Assembly (NCBI RefSeq): GCF_037042905.1 | Contig: NC_087263.1 | Coordinates: 13,828,001-13,892,000, forward strand | DNA from: Lytechinus pictus | Lineage: Eukaryota | Direction of reading: 5' to 3' | DNA length: 64,000 nt | Shown: one piece after another, positions 25,401 to 38,783 of the stretch | Position numbering within the stretch: position 1 is the stretch's first letter | Layout of the letters: the number at the start of each line of letters is the position of its first letter | The notes under the pieces: generated by a model | Seen by the model: only the letters and a program-made list of their open reading frames with translations | Database searches by the model: none | What the model was told of the DNA's origin: nothing | Program-made: the position numbers and the translations under genes

Positions 25401-28400
25401 AACGTTGCCCCTAAGGGATGGTGAAAAAATCTGTTTGATTTATTATTCCATGACAGTTACATGTATGAATGAATTGAACACCAAATGTGCTCACAATTTG
25501 AACCTCTACTGTTTGAAATTAGTGTCACAATTAGCTCTCCATAAATGTAGTTAAACCACAACTTTGGTCCAGAGTTCTGAATATGGGCCATTGCGTCTGG
25601 ACTCCGAGTCACCACCGCCTTGGCCCGAATTCACAAAGGAGGTTTTCAAATTTAAAAAAACGATGGACCATGCAGATTTCTTGCATTGTCATGCTTCATT
25701 CAAACCTGAAATTAGTGCCTTTTGCCAGAAGAGCTCATTTATATAATAGGCCTTTGCAGAATAACAAAAACTCAGCATACAAAACATGTACATGTACATG
25801 TAGGACATGATTTTGTACCATGGTACAATTGAAACCAACATCGTGAATTTTGATCTTAGTTATGTCTAGATGCATCTACATGTAGTTAATCTACAGCCGC
25901 AGGCAATACTTGTAAGAATTTTATACAACTTTGTTTGTCACTGTATCTCATCGCATACATTCGTAATTCCGAAGCTTCGTAATTACGAAGGTTCGTTATT
26001 CCGAAGGTTCGTATTTCCGAAGGTTCGTAATTCCGAAGGTTCGTTAGTCCGAAAACGAAATGAGGTTCGTAATTCCGAAGGTTCGTTAGTCCGAAAACGA
26101 AATGAGGTTCATAATTCCGGAGGTTCGTTAGTACGAAATCGAAGTGAGGTTCATAATTCCAAAGGTTCGTTAATCTGAAAACGAAATGAGGTTCGTAATT
26201 CCGAAGGTTCGTTAGTCCGAAAACTAATGATTAAGGAGCCTTATTTCGTTTTCGGAATAAAGAACCTTCGGAACAACGAACCTTATTTCGTTTTCGGATT
26301 AACGAACCTTCGGAACAACGAACCTTATTTCGTTTTCGGATTAACGAACCTTCGGAACATCGAACCTTATTTCGTTTTCGGATTATCGAACCTTCGGAAT
26401 AACGCCACAAATGTTCGGATCAACAAACCCTTTTACGTTTTCGGATTAACGAACATCGAGGTATAGGCAATTTACGTGTTTCGGAATTACGAACCTTTGG
26501 AATTATGAAGTGTAACCACCTCATACACCCATCCCCCTAAAAAAATTACATCTGCACTCCTTCCCATGTATAGTCATATGAATTAAAGAATTACTGTGCA
26601 TAGAACAATAAATTATGTGACTTGTTTGAATAGTGGGCAATATGCATGTAATTAGATAGGTGAAAAAGCATGCACTATAAAGTGAAACTTTATGAACAGA
26701 TCTATGTAATAGTTTCGTCCATGACTACCGAAAATGGAACGCCTTCAAACTTTGAGTCAGACTGAAAGTACTTTGTCCATTCAGAAAACCACCAAAAGTC
26801 AGTCAAGTCAAATGCCTGCATGGCATTGATTGAGGGTGTGTTTATACATAATCAATGGTACGTTTATACATAATCGAGAGTGCTTTATAATCGAGAGTTC
26901 TTTTAGACATGATTAAGGATGCGTTTATACTTGTTTTGCCTCACTAATTGAACAAAAAGCAATAAAAGGATCAGTACATAAAAATAACAATTCAGATGCA
27001 TTCTATACATGTACATGTATGTACCTTGAATTAGACATACACAGTAAAAACGCTGTTTAAGATTTTATACAACGCTGTTTACTATATGAACCTTACAGTA
27101 TTTGTTTAACCGTTTAAACAATCATGTTTAATTTATTGAAAATTAGATATTGAAAATTAAACTTTGTTGCTTAAGATTTAAACACTTGTTTAAACTGTTT
27201 AAACAATTACTGTAAGGTTCATATATTAAACAGCGTTGTATAATATTTTTTTTTACTGTGTACAAAGAAAAGAGAGCCCAGTACACTGTCGCATTACTGA
27301 TACAGGCAGGGCATATTAAACAAAGTATTAAACAGGAGTATAAAGTACCAGATGAGAAATTGAAAAGAAAATATATTATAATCCAACTTCAAAGTAACTC
27401 AAAATGGAAAATTCAGTGAAAATATCAAATAATTAAATGGGCCTAGACTGCCTGTTTTGGCAAACAACAATAAATGAAAACAGTGTTTTTAATAACATGA
27501 CCCGAAAAAGGTCTCTCACCTCTTTCAAGGGAGTACAAACTGGATTTAAAACAAAAATTCAGCCTTGCTTTGTCAACATTTCGTATTCGTGTGAATAAAC
27601 TGAAAATGGGAAGTGAAAATATCCTCTTTCAGTGGAAAGTGAAGGAAAGAGACCGTCTCGTGAGTTCAATTCTTTTATTTCATTTCCATTCAGGGTGAAC
27701 CCTGGTCGTGGAGAACAGCAAAAATTTTCCTTTGTAAAGAAATACAAAGAATCAATATTTGTCTAGTTTAATTTCTTAAAATCCTGGAAAATTCATCAGA
27801 TATGAACCTGTGATCCCAGACTCTGGTAGAGAAGTCATGGAATTTGAAATTGCCAAACATATTTTGCACAAATTGTGGAAAGTGGGTTAAGAATTGGAAA
27901 ATTACTTTAGGAGAAAAGAGGTCACATGGCCAGTTGTATTGTTAATTTCAATGACCGTGCAGCTTTGGGCATTTTGCCAAGGATGCAGTTATTGAGGACA
28001 ATGAGGAGTCACAATATGCCAAGCAATGTTTTCATACACATTTATAATTTCTGTATTACATGTTTATATACAGTATATTGGATTTAAACTATCAAATGCA
28101 ATCTCCAGCAGTCCAAAGACTGAAATATGCGACTGTTTACAAATAGAATCATAATAAATATATTAAGTAAACATTATAAATAAATATTCAAATACACCAC
28201 ACAAATTCATATATTGCGTTATTATTTTTTCTTTCCTCTGTTTCTTTCATTCTTTTCATCCCATTTCCCTTTCTTCCCTTTTTTTGTATTTTTTTGTTTC
28301 TTTTTCTATATTTTATCTCCTTGTTTACTTGATTTCTTCACTACCTTCTCCTTTTTTTTCATCATGTGATATGGTTTCTTTTTCCTTTTGCCTTTCACAT

Positions 28401-31400
28401 TTCCTTCTTATCTAACCTTCTGTCTTCCCCCTATCTTCCTTTCTTTCTTAATTTTCTTCCTTTTTGGAAGTACTATTTTTCCGTCCTTCTCTGTTTATTC
28501 TGCTCTATTTTCTTGATATGGTTCAATCTTCCAATCTTTTTCTTTCGTTGAATTTGTTTTTCATTCTTTTCATTTTGTTCCTTCTTCTTTCCTATCTTCC
28601 TTTATTTCTGTTCTTTCTTCCTTTCTCTCTTCCTTCCTTTATTTCTTTTCTTCATTTCTGTCTTCCAATCTCTCTTTTATCCCTTTATTACATCCATTCT
28701 TTCTTTCTTTCTTTCTTTTTTTCTTTCTTTCTTTTTTTCTTTCTTCCCTTTCTCCCCCCCTCTTTCCTGTTAGTCTTCCTATCTTTCTTCTTTTCTTTCT
28801 TCCTTTCCTTTTGTTTCTTTTCCTTTCTTTCTTCCTTTCTCTCTGTTCATTCTTCCTTTCTTCCCTTGTCTTCCCTCTTCTCTCTCTTTCTTCCCATTCT
28901 TTCTTCCTTTGATTCTTCCCTTTCCTTTTCTTTCCTCTTCTTTTCTTTTCTTCCCCTTTTCTTTTACTCACATGCAGGTAACCAAATTGATTGATATCGG
29001 CAGGCGATACCACCAAGTGACCGTCTTCACCCTTGCATCAATAGAATGCCTGCTCATGTAAGTTATACATGTAATTATTTTTTTAATTCATCAATACCCA
29101 AGTCCTACAAATATGAAAGTTTATTAGTTTAAAATTTATAGATACGAAATGGTACACTAAAAGAGAAAAGAGGAAAGGACAGAAAAGGGCCAAGGAGTAT
29201 CATCTGACAGCTTATAAGTGGTGTTATTATACCCATGGACCTACATGTACTACTCTGACTCTCATCCCTTTCTGTTTGGTACATGTACGTCATGGACAGG
29301 TCCATGGGTACATGTAGATCATCATCAAATAGCACACGCCCCCTGACCAACGAATACACCTTTTCATGAATTCCCCCGCATATACCCCTGACTGAATAGT
29401 GTGAAACCGGCATTAAATATTGTGTTGATGAATTCAGAAATAGTTTGCATTATTTTTTTGAGTGCAGTGAGGAAATAGTGCAACTTTTCATCTTGGTTGT
29501 CTGTGCATGGCACCTGCTTTCCAATACTCCTTTCGTTCACTCTCAAATAATCAGGATTGAATGTGGATCAAAATAATGCAGACTTGCAAAGTTGTGTTCG
29601 TGAATGATGAAAGAATTCTGCATTATTTTTTACGAGTGCAGCAAGGAAATAGTGCAGATTATCTTCTTGGTAAATCTGTGCAGTTTCTGCATGTGGGAAA
29701 GTAGGAGGCATTCAACCGCAGAATAAGCTGCATTATTATTTGAGAATCTTGATCATTAATTCTATTTAAGATGAGATTTAGTGCCGAATGAGTCCTAAAA
29801 GTAGCTCTGAAATAATCTACAATTAGATTATTCTAATCCTCTATAGGTGGTTTCAGACCGCCTTGAAGTTCGTCAGTTCCAGGTATTCTCTGATCGGGAA
29901 ATTTACCCCGATCAGAAAATACCAGGTATTTTGGTAATGTGAAAGCAAACTACGCGTAATATCCCCGAAAGAAAATACCCGCTAAATAGTAGGTACTTGG
30001 CGAAATTACGAGAACTTTCGCGGGGATTTTTCCAAGGTCGTGGGTATTTTGGCAATCTGAAAGCAAACTACGGGAACTTGTATCCCATCGATCACCGCGA
30101 TAAGTGAATTTCCGGTTCATAGCCCGCACTGTTCGATATGCATGGATATGCGAGGCCTACCGAGCGAGCAAGCCAGCGCCAGTGCATGCAGCGATAAACA
30201 TACGTAGACTTTTCATGCGACGTGACTCGGGTTCGACTTTGACTAGGCGGTTGATTCTTTTTCTTAAAAAGATAGTTTTACGAATTAAGGGTGATATTTA
30301 CCGGTATTCTACATTTTCATACCAGATGACATCGCACTGGAGTGAGGAGGCCACCAAGGCCTTCATTTCAATGTGGAGAGAAATCTAGTGCAATTGCAGA
30401 TGATCAAGGGAACAAATGATTTGCACATACGTTAGAGTATAGTTTGTACGTGCTAGAGCTAGGCCGGCCGCAGGTGGAATCCCCTCCCCGGCCGTCCCCC
30501 GATCGTACTGCTAAAAGCGCGCGCTTCTTCGTCTGCTACCAGGCAGTAGTGCGCATGCTCATAACTTCAAGAAATTTCCCCAAAGAGTGTGTTTCGGGGC
30601 GGTCTGAATGCGAGAATAGTTATCTGGTATTTTTGAGCATGTAAATGTTCTCGTAATTTAACGGGGATTCTTGTGATTGAGGCGGTTTGAAACCACCTTA
30701 TCTTTCATGAAGAGAAATTAAGTTGAAACTGATCCACTACCACGAATCCAACAAAAGGGTGCAAGTCTTCATAGAGTATGAAGGAGTTAATGTAGGCACT
30801 GGCGGATCTAGGGGGGGGGGGGGCAAAGCCAGCCCATGCCCCCCCCCCTTTTAAGAGGCACAATTAAAATTTGTAATGTAAAAATGCTGTTAAAACAGAA
30901 GTGAGCCCCCCCCCCCCCCCCCCCCTTGAAAGTGAAGACCTTTTTTAGTGGAAGAAATACATGTATCCTTAATTTTTGGTTAAAAACCCTTTTTTTTTTT
31001 TTTTGCTTGTCAAATTTTTCCTCTGGAAAATGTGCCCCCCTTTTGGAAAATCCTGGATCCGCCCTGAATGTAGGAACTCTATTTAAAAACACTTTCACTC
31101 CTTGGCCCTTTTAAGAAATGATTGTATAGCCCTTTTTGCCCCTTAATCTCACCCTCTCCCTGATAATGATCCAACTATTAATACGCAGTTATACTGGGGA
31201 ACAACTTACATGGGGGCTTGGGGGGATTGCACCCTTGAAATGACCAAAAGACCCCAGCCTGTAAAATCTCCATTTATTGCAATGTTAAAGCCTAGCAAAT
31301 GTTGAGGATTTTGGTATTATTAGTTGTGCAAAGTAGCCCCTTAAAAATAGAAAATAATGTTGTGCTTGGTTTATAAATGTACTGTACATGCTAACCATAC

Positions 31401-33701
31401 TTTACAAGATATTTTATGTCAAAATGTCACTTTAATCTTTATAGCTTGAACAGACAGGTGCATCATGGTCAAATGATGTGTGGAAATTCCCTGTCCAAAA
31501 ATAACCCTCTTCTAAGAAATGTAGACCATTTACAAATGTTATTGTTTGTTCACAATATTGATATTCGAGAGCTCTGCCATCTGGCAAACTTGAGTGTCTT
31601 GAAAGGGAACTTGACTCCAAATTGATAACAAGAAATACTTACATGTAGTATTTCTCTCTATTAAACTTCCTTCATAGATTCCAAGTCAATAATAGCTTGT
31701 GGCTAGGGATTAGATTGAATGCTAAATCTATTTGATTGAAAACTTCAATCCAACACTGGATTTGCCCCTGATCGTATTCTACAGTATTTCAATTTAAGGA
31801 ATTTAGATAGTTGACTTTGTTACATTTGCGTTATGTAAGTGCTGTATTTTCACCAATGAAACAGTATGGAGAAACCACAATAAAATGCTCTTTGTACATG
31901 TACATAATTGCATTGAGGAAATCTTTTAAGAAAAAAAATGTAGGTGAGAGTTCCTGGAAACAGTAGGGTTGACTGCTTCAGTAGTCATATTGTGACATTA
32001 TTTTGTTAAAATTCTTTGTCCCCACCTCCTTCAACACAAAACATGTACTTACAGTATCTTGAACCAACACTGCGTGTACAGTCTCCCACAAGAAACTACA
32101 TGTAGCCTATGTATGTGAATCCGCCTTTTATTCCTTGAAATAAAACAGTATTGTTGTCTGAAGTCTCCTAGTCTGTATCTAGACCTTTTTTAGATATTTA
32201 TTATAATTATGATGGGAATTATGATGATCTCCCACAAGAAACTACATGTATGTATGTGAATCCACCTTTTATTCCTTGATATAAAACAGTATTGTTGTCT
32301 GAAGTCTCCTACAGTCTGTATCTAGATCTTTTTTAGACTTTACATGTTTCAGGGTGCTACATAAGCACTTGCCCGATTGCCCGGGGCAAGAAAAGTTAGA
32401 GTCAGGCAAGTGTTTGAAGTAAAGACCAAAACTACTTGCTCGAATTGGGCAAGCAAAATTCTCACAGTAGAATGACCAAAATTAGGGTCGATATGTTACA
32501 TTGACCCTAATTTTGGTCATGGCAGGTACTTTGGAAAAAGAAATGCAATACCAAGTAGATCAGTTCATGTCAAAAGAGAGAAAAAGGTCATTGGTTTATG
32601 GAGAGGTAAAACATTTTTTTTCAATGATTTTTTCGGGCAAGTCAAATAGATTTTTGGGCAAGTATATTCCAATTATTTAAAAATTTACTTGCCCGAATGG
32701 GCAAATGGTTCTAAATCGTTATGTAGCACCCTATGTTTATTATAATAATGATGGGATGTTTCAAACGTTTACTCTGAAATTGAGCTTGAATTTTACAATA
32801 TATTCCCTCTGTCTCTACATTTAACAGAGTATTACATGTACTTGTAAAATAGCTTTGAAATGCACCTACATGTACATGTACATGTATTAAACCTAAAGTT
32901 TGAAAAGCCTTTCATATAGTACTGGAATAGTTCAGATAAAAAAGATAATTTACCATATTTCAAACCGGATCTTTTAAAAGAGTTATGCTGAAAATACATA
33001 ATTTGTGCAGTAGTTAGAAAATCAATTGATGTTTTCCACTACCACCCCATCCCCCCCCCCCTGCCCCCGATTTAAAAATTGTTAATCAACTAGAATGATT
33101 TTTCCCACGCCATTTTTACTACATGTACATACAAGGTTACACAGAAACATGTTCCATTTCAGACTGCATTTTTCAAAACATTAGTTTGATGGACTTTGCT
33201 CTGGGGAGGTAGTTTATCAACCCACAAACTGAACCAGACCAGATTATTCTTTATCTTTTTCATTGTATCATCCCCGTTTCACATGTAGGCAAGAGCAAAT
33301 AACAGACGATTGGGTTGATTTTATTAGCTTCATCAAATATAGATTCTGATGTATAGATGCAGTGTGTACTGTACGTGTGTAGAGCTGTGTTTATCTTTTT
33401 TTTTTTAATTCAAGTTTAAAGAGCTATTTTAAAAAGCAGCATACCGAAACAACAAAATAAGCTACAAATTATCACCATTGATTATCCCCGGCACCACCAC
33501 AACTATCACTATGACCACTGCTGCCTGGTTCACCTCGACTACATTATCAACATCATCATCACCATGATTACATGTACATCACCACCGGCAACTACCACTA
33601 CATCCATTACCACCACAACCACCATCTTCATCATCATAATTATCATCATCATCATCTTCATCTTCATCATCATCATAATTATTATCATCATCATCATCAC
33701 C

Positions 33702-33732
<31 letters not shown>

Positions 33733-36700
33733 CCATCATCACCTTCATCACCATCATCATAATCATCATCATCATAATCATCATTATGCATGTATCCACT
33801 TCACCCCACCAATACCATCATCACCACCACCAGCAACAGCATAAGAGCAATATCATCATCATTACTATCATCATCTTCATCATTATCTTCTTCATCACCA
33901 TCATCATAATCGTTGTTGTCGTCATCACCATCATCATCCTCTTAAACAACATCATCATCATCACCATTACCATCATCATCATCATCATTTACATGTACCA
34001 CCACCACCAAAATCATCTTTCATTACAGTCTGTAAAATACAGTTTTTCTATAGCTTTTTTGAAGGTCCCAACTTCTTTGTATCACCACTCCCAACCACCC
34101 CCCCCCCCCACTTCGTTATTGACATTGGTACAGTAGCTACATGTACCATTGGCAGTCACACAAAACTGCTTTGTATACAAACTTTCAAACGCAAAGTCAC
34201 GGAGCAAAGTACAGCAATTTCACAGTTGGAGGCACAGGTCTGGTATGCCAAGGACCGATCGATCGTGAAGTGACACAATTGCAATAAATTCTTTAAAAAT
34301 GATAGGAATTCAATTACAGTTGTTCCTCACGTTTCTGTTTGGGAGATTCATGAAGACCGCTAGATAAGATTATGCTCTTTGTTCATTGTAAATATTAACC
34401 TAAGATTTATTGCTAGAATAATTAGGAATACCTGATTAGAATAGCAATGATCTTTTTATTGGATGTTATAACTACTGCCTGTTGTCAAAATAAAGCCAGG
34501 CATCATTAAAAAGCCTGTCTACATATATCCAAAGTTGGTGCATTCCTTTTCTGAATTTTAGTGTTCTATTCTTCCCAAACTAAATGTATAGTGACTGTTA
34601 TCTTCACTGGCACACTGTTGGGGAGCCATGGACCTACCTCCCCTCCCCCCCCCCAAAAAAAAAAATGAAAGAAAGAAATAATACATGAATGTCCTATGAA
34701 AAATGGAGAGAAAAAAAGAAAATTCTATTTCCTATTTTATTTATTTTCTGTATCAGCATTTCAGTTCACCCTTTAATCTAAGTGCTGCTAAATAGCGAGA
34801 TTTACATTTGAATGTGCTGATATTTTAGTACTTGAACAGGTATCAATTGAAAGCAAAGTACATTTTGATTACGTGGAAATACTTATCAAAATATTACATT
34901 ACAAAGATTATGCGATATAGAGAGTACATAACCTCAATGACCTATCAACGCATACATTTTGTCAGGCAGTACCTGGTCTCCACCAGAATTATAGATGGCT
35001 GTTAAAGCTCGATAAACTCATTTCATTTATTTATTTCCACTTAAAGATAAAAGCGTTTCATAAATACATATAAAAATACAAAAAAACAAGGTACATGTAA
35101 TCTGTTGGTGGGAGGATCATTAAAATCACATGGCTTTTTGGAAATGATTCTGATAAAAATGCAAAACAAAAACAGGATTAAAGAGAAATTCCAGTAGTTG
35201 CAGTAAACACTGATTTCATGAGAAAGTCTGTAAACCAGGCTTAATTGTCAGTATATCATCGAGCATCTAGATCTGGTACAGTTATATAAACTGAACTTTG
35301 TGAAATCTTGAAAGTTCACGTGGGACAGTGTATTATTATTATTGCCTTGAATGTCGGCCGACGCTTGACCCGAATCCTGTGCTTATTTGCTGATTTCTCA
35401 GCAATTACACAATTTCTTCCAGAATTCTTTGGCACATGTTTTATTTATACAAACAGACACTTTGGTGGTCATTTCATTGGATTCTGTACGAACTCATTTT
35501 GATATCGTTACCACAACTGGCATTTACCTTTAAACTAAATATACATTAAAATGGGAAATAAAAATATACCAAATGTATAAAATATATAAACAAAATAAAG
35601 AAAAAAAATACAGCAAAGTAGAAAATACATTTTATGAATCATAACATGTGATGAAAAAGATATTGCCTACATCCCTCACACAAATTTCAAGCTAGCCACA
35701 TGCTAGTCACTAGCTAGTCGCTAGCTTTCGGCTAGCTAGTGACTAGCTTTAATAATTAGCTTGTAATATAGGCATGCATTTAAAAAAATTAAGCGATCTT
35801 TTAGCGAGCATGTACTGTTTGCTAGCTTAAAATCGCTTATTAAGCGGGCCACCAGCTAGTCACTTGTTAGTTACTAGCATGCAGCATGCTTACATTTCTG
35901 TAGAGGCATTGCCTACATTCTCTGTTGAATTGAGATGCTACATGTAAATATGGATAAGCAAAAAATGATTGTACATGTATGAAGTGGAAAAAGAGAATTT
36001 CTATACACTTTCTGAAGTAAAAATGTGCGTCACTTTACCATATGGTAGTCTAGGCGTTATTCTCCTTCAGTAAAATATTGTCATCCATATTTTGATTCAC
36101 TTGACCCAAAATGATATTTTTTTGTTATTCTGAAAGTACCAGAGTGTGAAAAAAAAGGTTGTAATTCTTTAGTTCTTTTTGCACATGAAGTATAGGAGAA
36201 TTCTTTTTTTTTTATTATCAACTTATTTCAGAGCGACAAACCAAATTTTCTTTTTGGATTTGAATAGTGAACCTTCAGGACAATGCCACAAGCAGAGGAT
36301 TAAGAGATGATACGACATTTGCTAGTGCGGCAATTGCTCTGGGCTTGATTTTGTCTAAGATGTAGGATTAGGGTTGCAATAGGGTTTTATGTTAATTTTA
36401 TTGTCAGGTTTAGAGTAGGGTATAGTGTTAAATCCAGGGTCTAAGTTGGTCATTTGATTAGTGTGTAGAATTAAAGAGCGGAGCAATTGTCGTCGGAGCA
36501 ATTGCCGTGGAACCGGATAAAGAAACCCTCCTTTAATACAGACTAACAAGTGTCGTCAATGTGGTATTTTCTTGTTTCAGCACAAACTTTTAGAATAATG
36601 TATGCTCTATACCAATAATTACTGTAGTGTATATAGTAGTGTCATTATTTAACATCGATTTACAGTGCAGGTATCAATCTTCAAGGTGTGTAAGAGGATA

Positions 36701-38644
36701 TATTGGAGACATGAATGACAAAGTAGTGTTGTGGAGAACGAATAAAGAAAGAAACGACCAAGAATGTAGGAAAACGACCATTTCCTTCCCAGCAATGAAG
36801 TCTCGTTTTGTGATGTGTCATTTTGTAGGGATTGGGCCTAATTCAATACCTTATAGTGGGTGTTTCATAAAGCTGTTTGTAAGTTCAAGCCACTTTTTTA
36901 ATGACTGGTGATCCTTTCTTGTGGTAAATGATATAGACCTACTTGTACACCATATTGATGGTGATTTAGTAGCACCTATGAAAGGGTCGCCAGTCATTCG
37001 AAAAGTTGCCTGCAACTTACAAACAGCTTTATGAAACACTAAATCTAGGGGCCTGTCTTACAAAGAGTTACGATTGATCCAATCACTAGTAACTCTATGG
37101 AAATCCATCAGTGCCATAAATTTTTCTCCAGGAAATTTGCACAATATCCTTTGTAAACAAAGAGAAGCACGGAATTTTTAAGAAAACAATGACTGCATAC
37201 TGTAAATATACATCATAGCTTGAAAAAAAAAATTTTGAACAAGAATGCGTAATAGATGTTGACGTTGCTGGCCGTCCATAATTGCGATTGATCGGATCAA
37301 TCAGAACTCTTTGTAAGACGGGGCGCAGGTATGTGTGTCATGAAGCTGTTTGTAAGTTACAAGTGACTGGTGATCATTTCTTAGGAACTGCAACAACAAT
37401 GAAATCTGGGGGATGTTTCATAAAGAGTTAGGAGTGACTTTGAGTCCCATTTGATTTCCCAGTTGCATACGGTATTACAAGGCATCACAGATCAATATGA
37501 TAAGATTTCATGTTACATACATGTACATGTGCATGTTGGAATTTAAGTGTGACTCTTTAATAATTGAATCTATCATTCCATTAGTTTCTTTTTATTTATT
37601 TGATACTTTGCAACGTTAATGAGATTATTACACATTTATGTTTACTGATTAATAAGTACCGGTAATGAATCTTCCAATACTTGATTTTTTGCTGACATGA
37701 AAATGATTTTCTTTGGTTTTACCATTTGATTTCATTTTGCATTCTTCTGTCTTTTTATGCAATATTTGATTGAATGCGATTTATAATTCCACTTAGACTT
37801 AGAACTCCTTAATTAGATCAGTCATAACGGAAATCTTTGTGTAATTTAATCTACTATGTATTGAATGATTTTTTTTTTTTTTAATTACGTACTCTTTGTA
37901 AAATATCTCTGTGTGTTCTCATATTTTGTAAACATGTATATTTCAGCCACTGGCTGCCAAGCATGTATATATTACCAATAAACCATTACTATACTATAAT
38001 TCTTTGTCAAACACCCCCCCCCCCCCCCCCCCCGCTTAAATTTACAGTCATCAATCGTTGTGAAACACCGGCCAATTGTTATTTCCTTCCATTTAATTTT
38101 GTTTTTACAGAACGATACATTGGCTCTTTGCGCATCATCCAGCGCTGGAGTTATCGGTGCAACTCATGAAGATGTTCCAGCTCATTGTAGTGTGTCACTT
38201 CTACCTTGCTAGATCAGTGAGAATGCTGAAGAAAGAATATCTCAATAGATTGTAAGTGGGGTTTGTGTTTCAGTAGAATTCCCAGTTTTGATGATGATGA
38301 TGATAATGGTGGTGATGATGACGATGATGACGGTGATGGTGATGATGATGATGACGATGATGATGATGATGATGATGATGACGATGATGATGACGATGAT
38401 GATGGTGGTGGTGGTGATGATCATGATGATGATGATGGTCATGATGATGATAGTGATGATGATAGTGATGATGATAATGATGATGACGATGATGATGACG
38501 ATGATGATGGTGGTGGTGGTGATGATCATGATGATGGTCATGATGATGATAGTGATGATAATGATAGTGATGATGATGATGATAGTGATGATGATGCTGG
38601 TGATGATGATGATGATGGTGGTGATGCTGCTGCTAATGATGGTG

Positions 38645-38676
<32 letters not shown>

Positions 38677-38752
38677 GATGGTGATGATGATGACAATGGT
38701 GGTGGTGGTGATGATAATGATGGTGATGCTGATGATGATGATGGTGATGATG

Positions 38753-38783
<31 letters not shown>

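Noticed and set aside
25870..26466. Repetitive ORFs and a CRISPR-like array
   Set aside because: Tandem units without unique spacers, arranged as an inverted-repeat transposon.
28464..29016. Phe/Leu/Ser-rich or Lys/Arg-rich ORFs (also 57455-58029, 23059-23706)
   Set aside because: Produced by CT low-complexity tracts and repeats.
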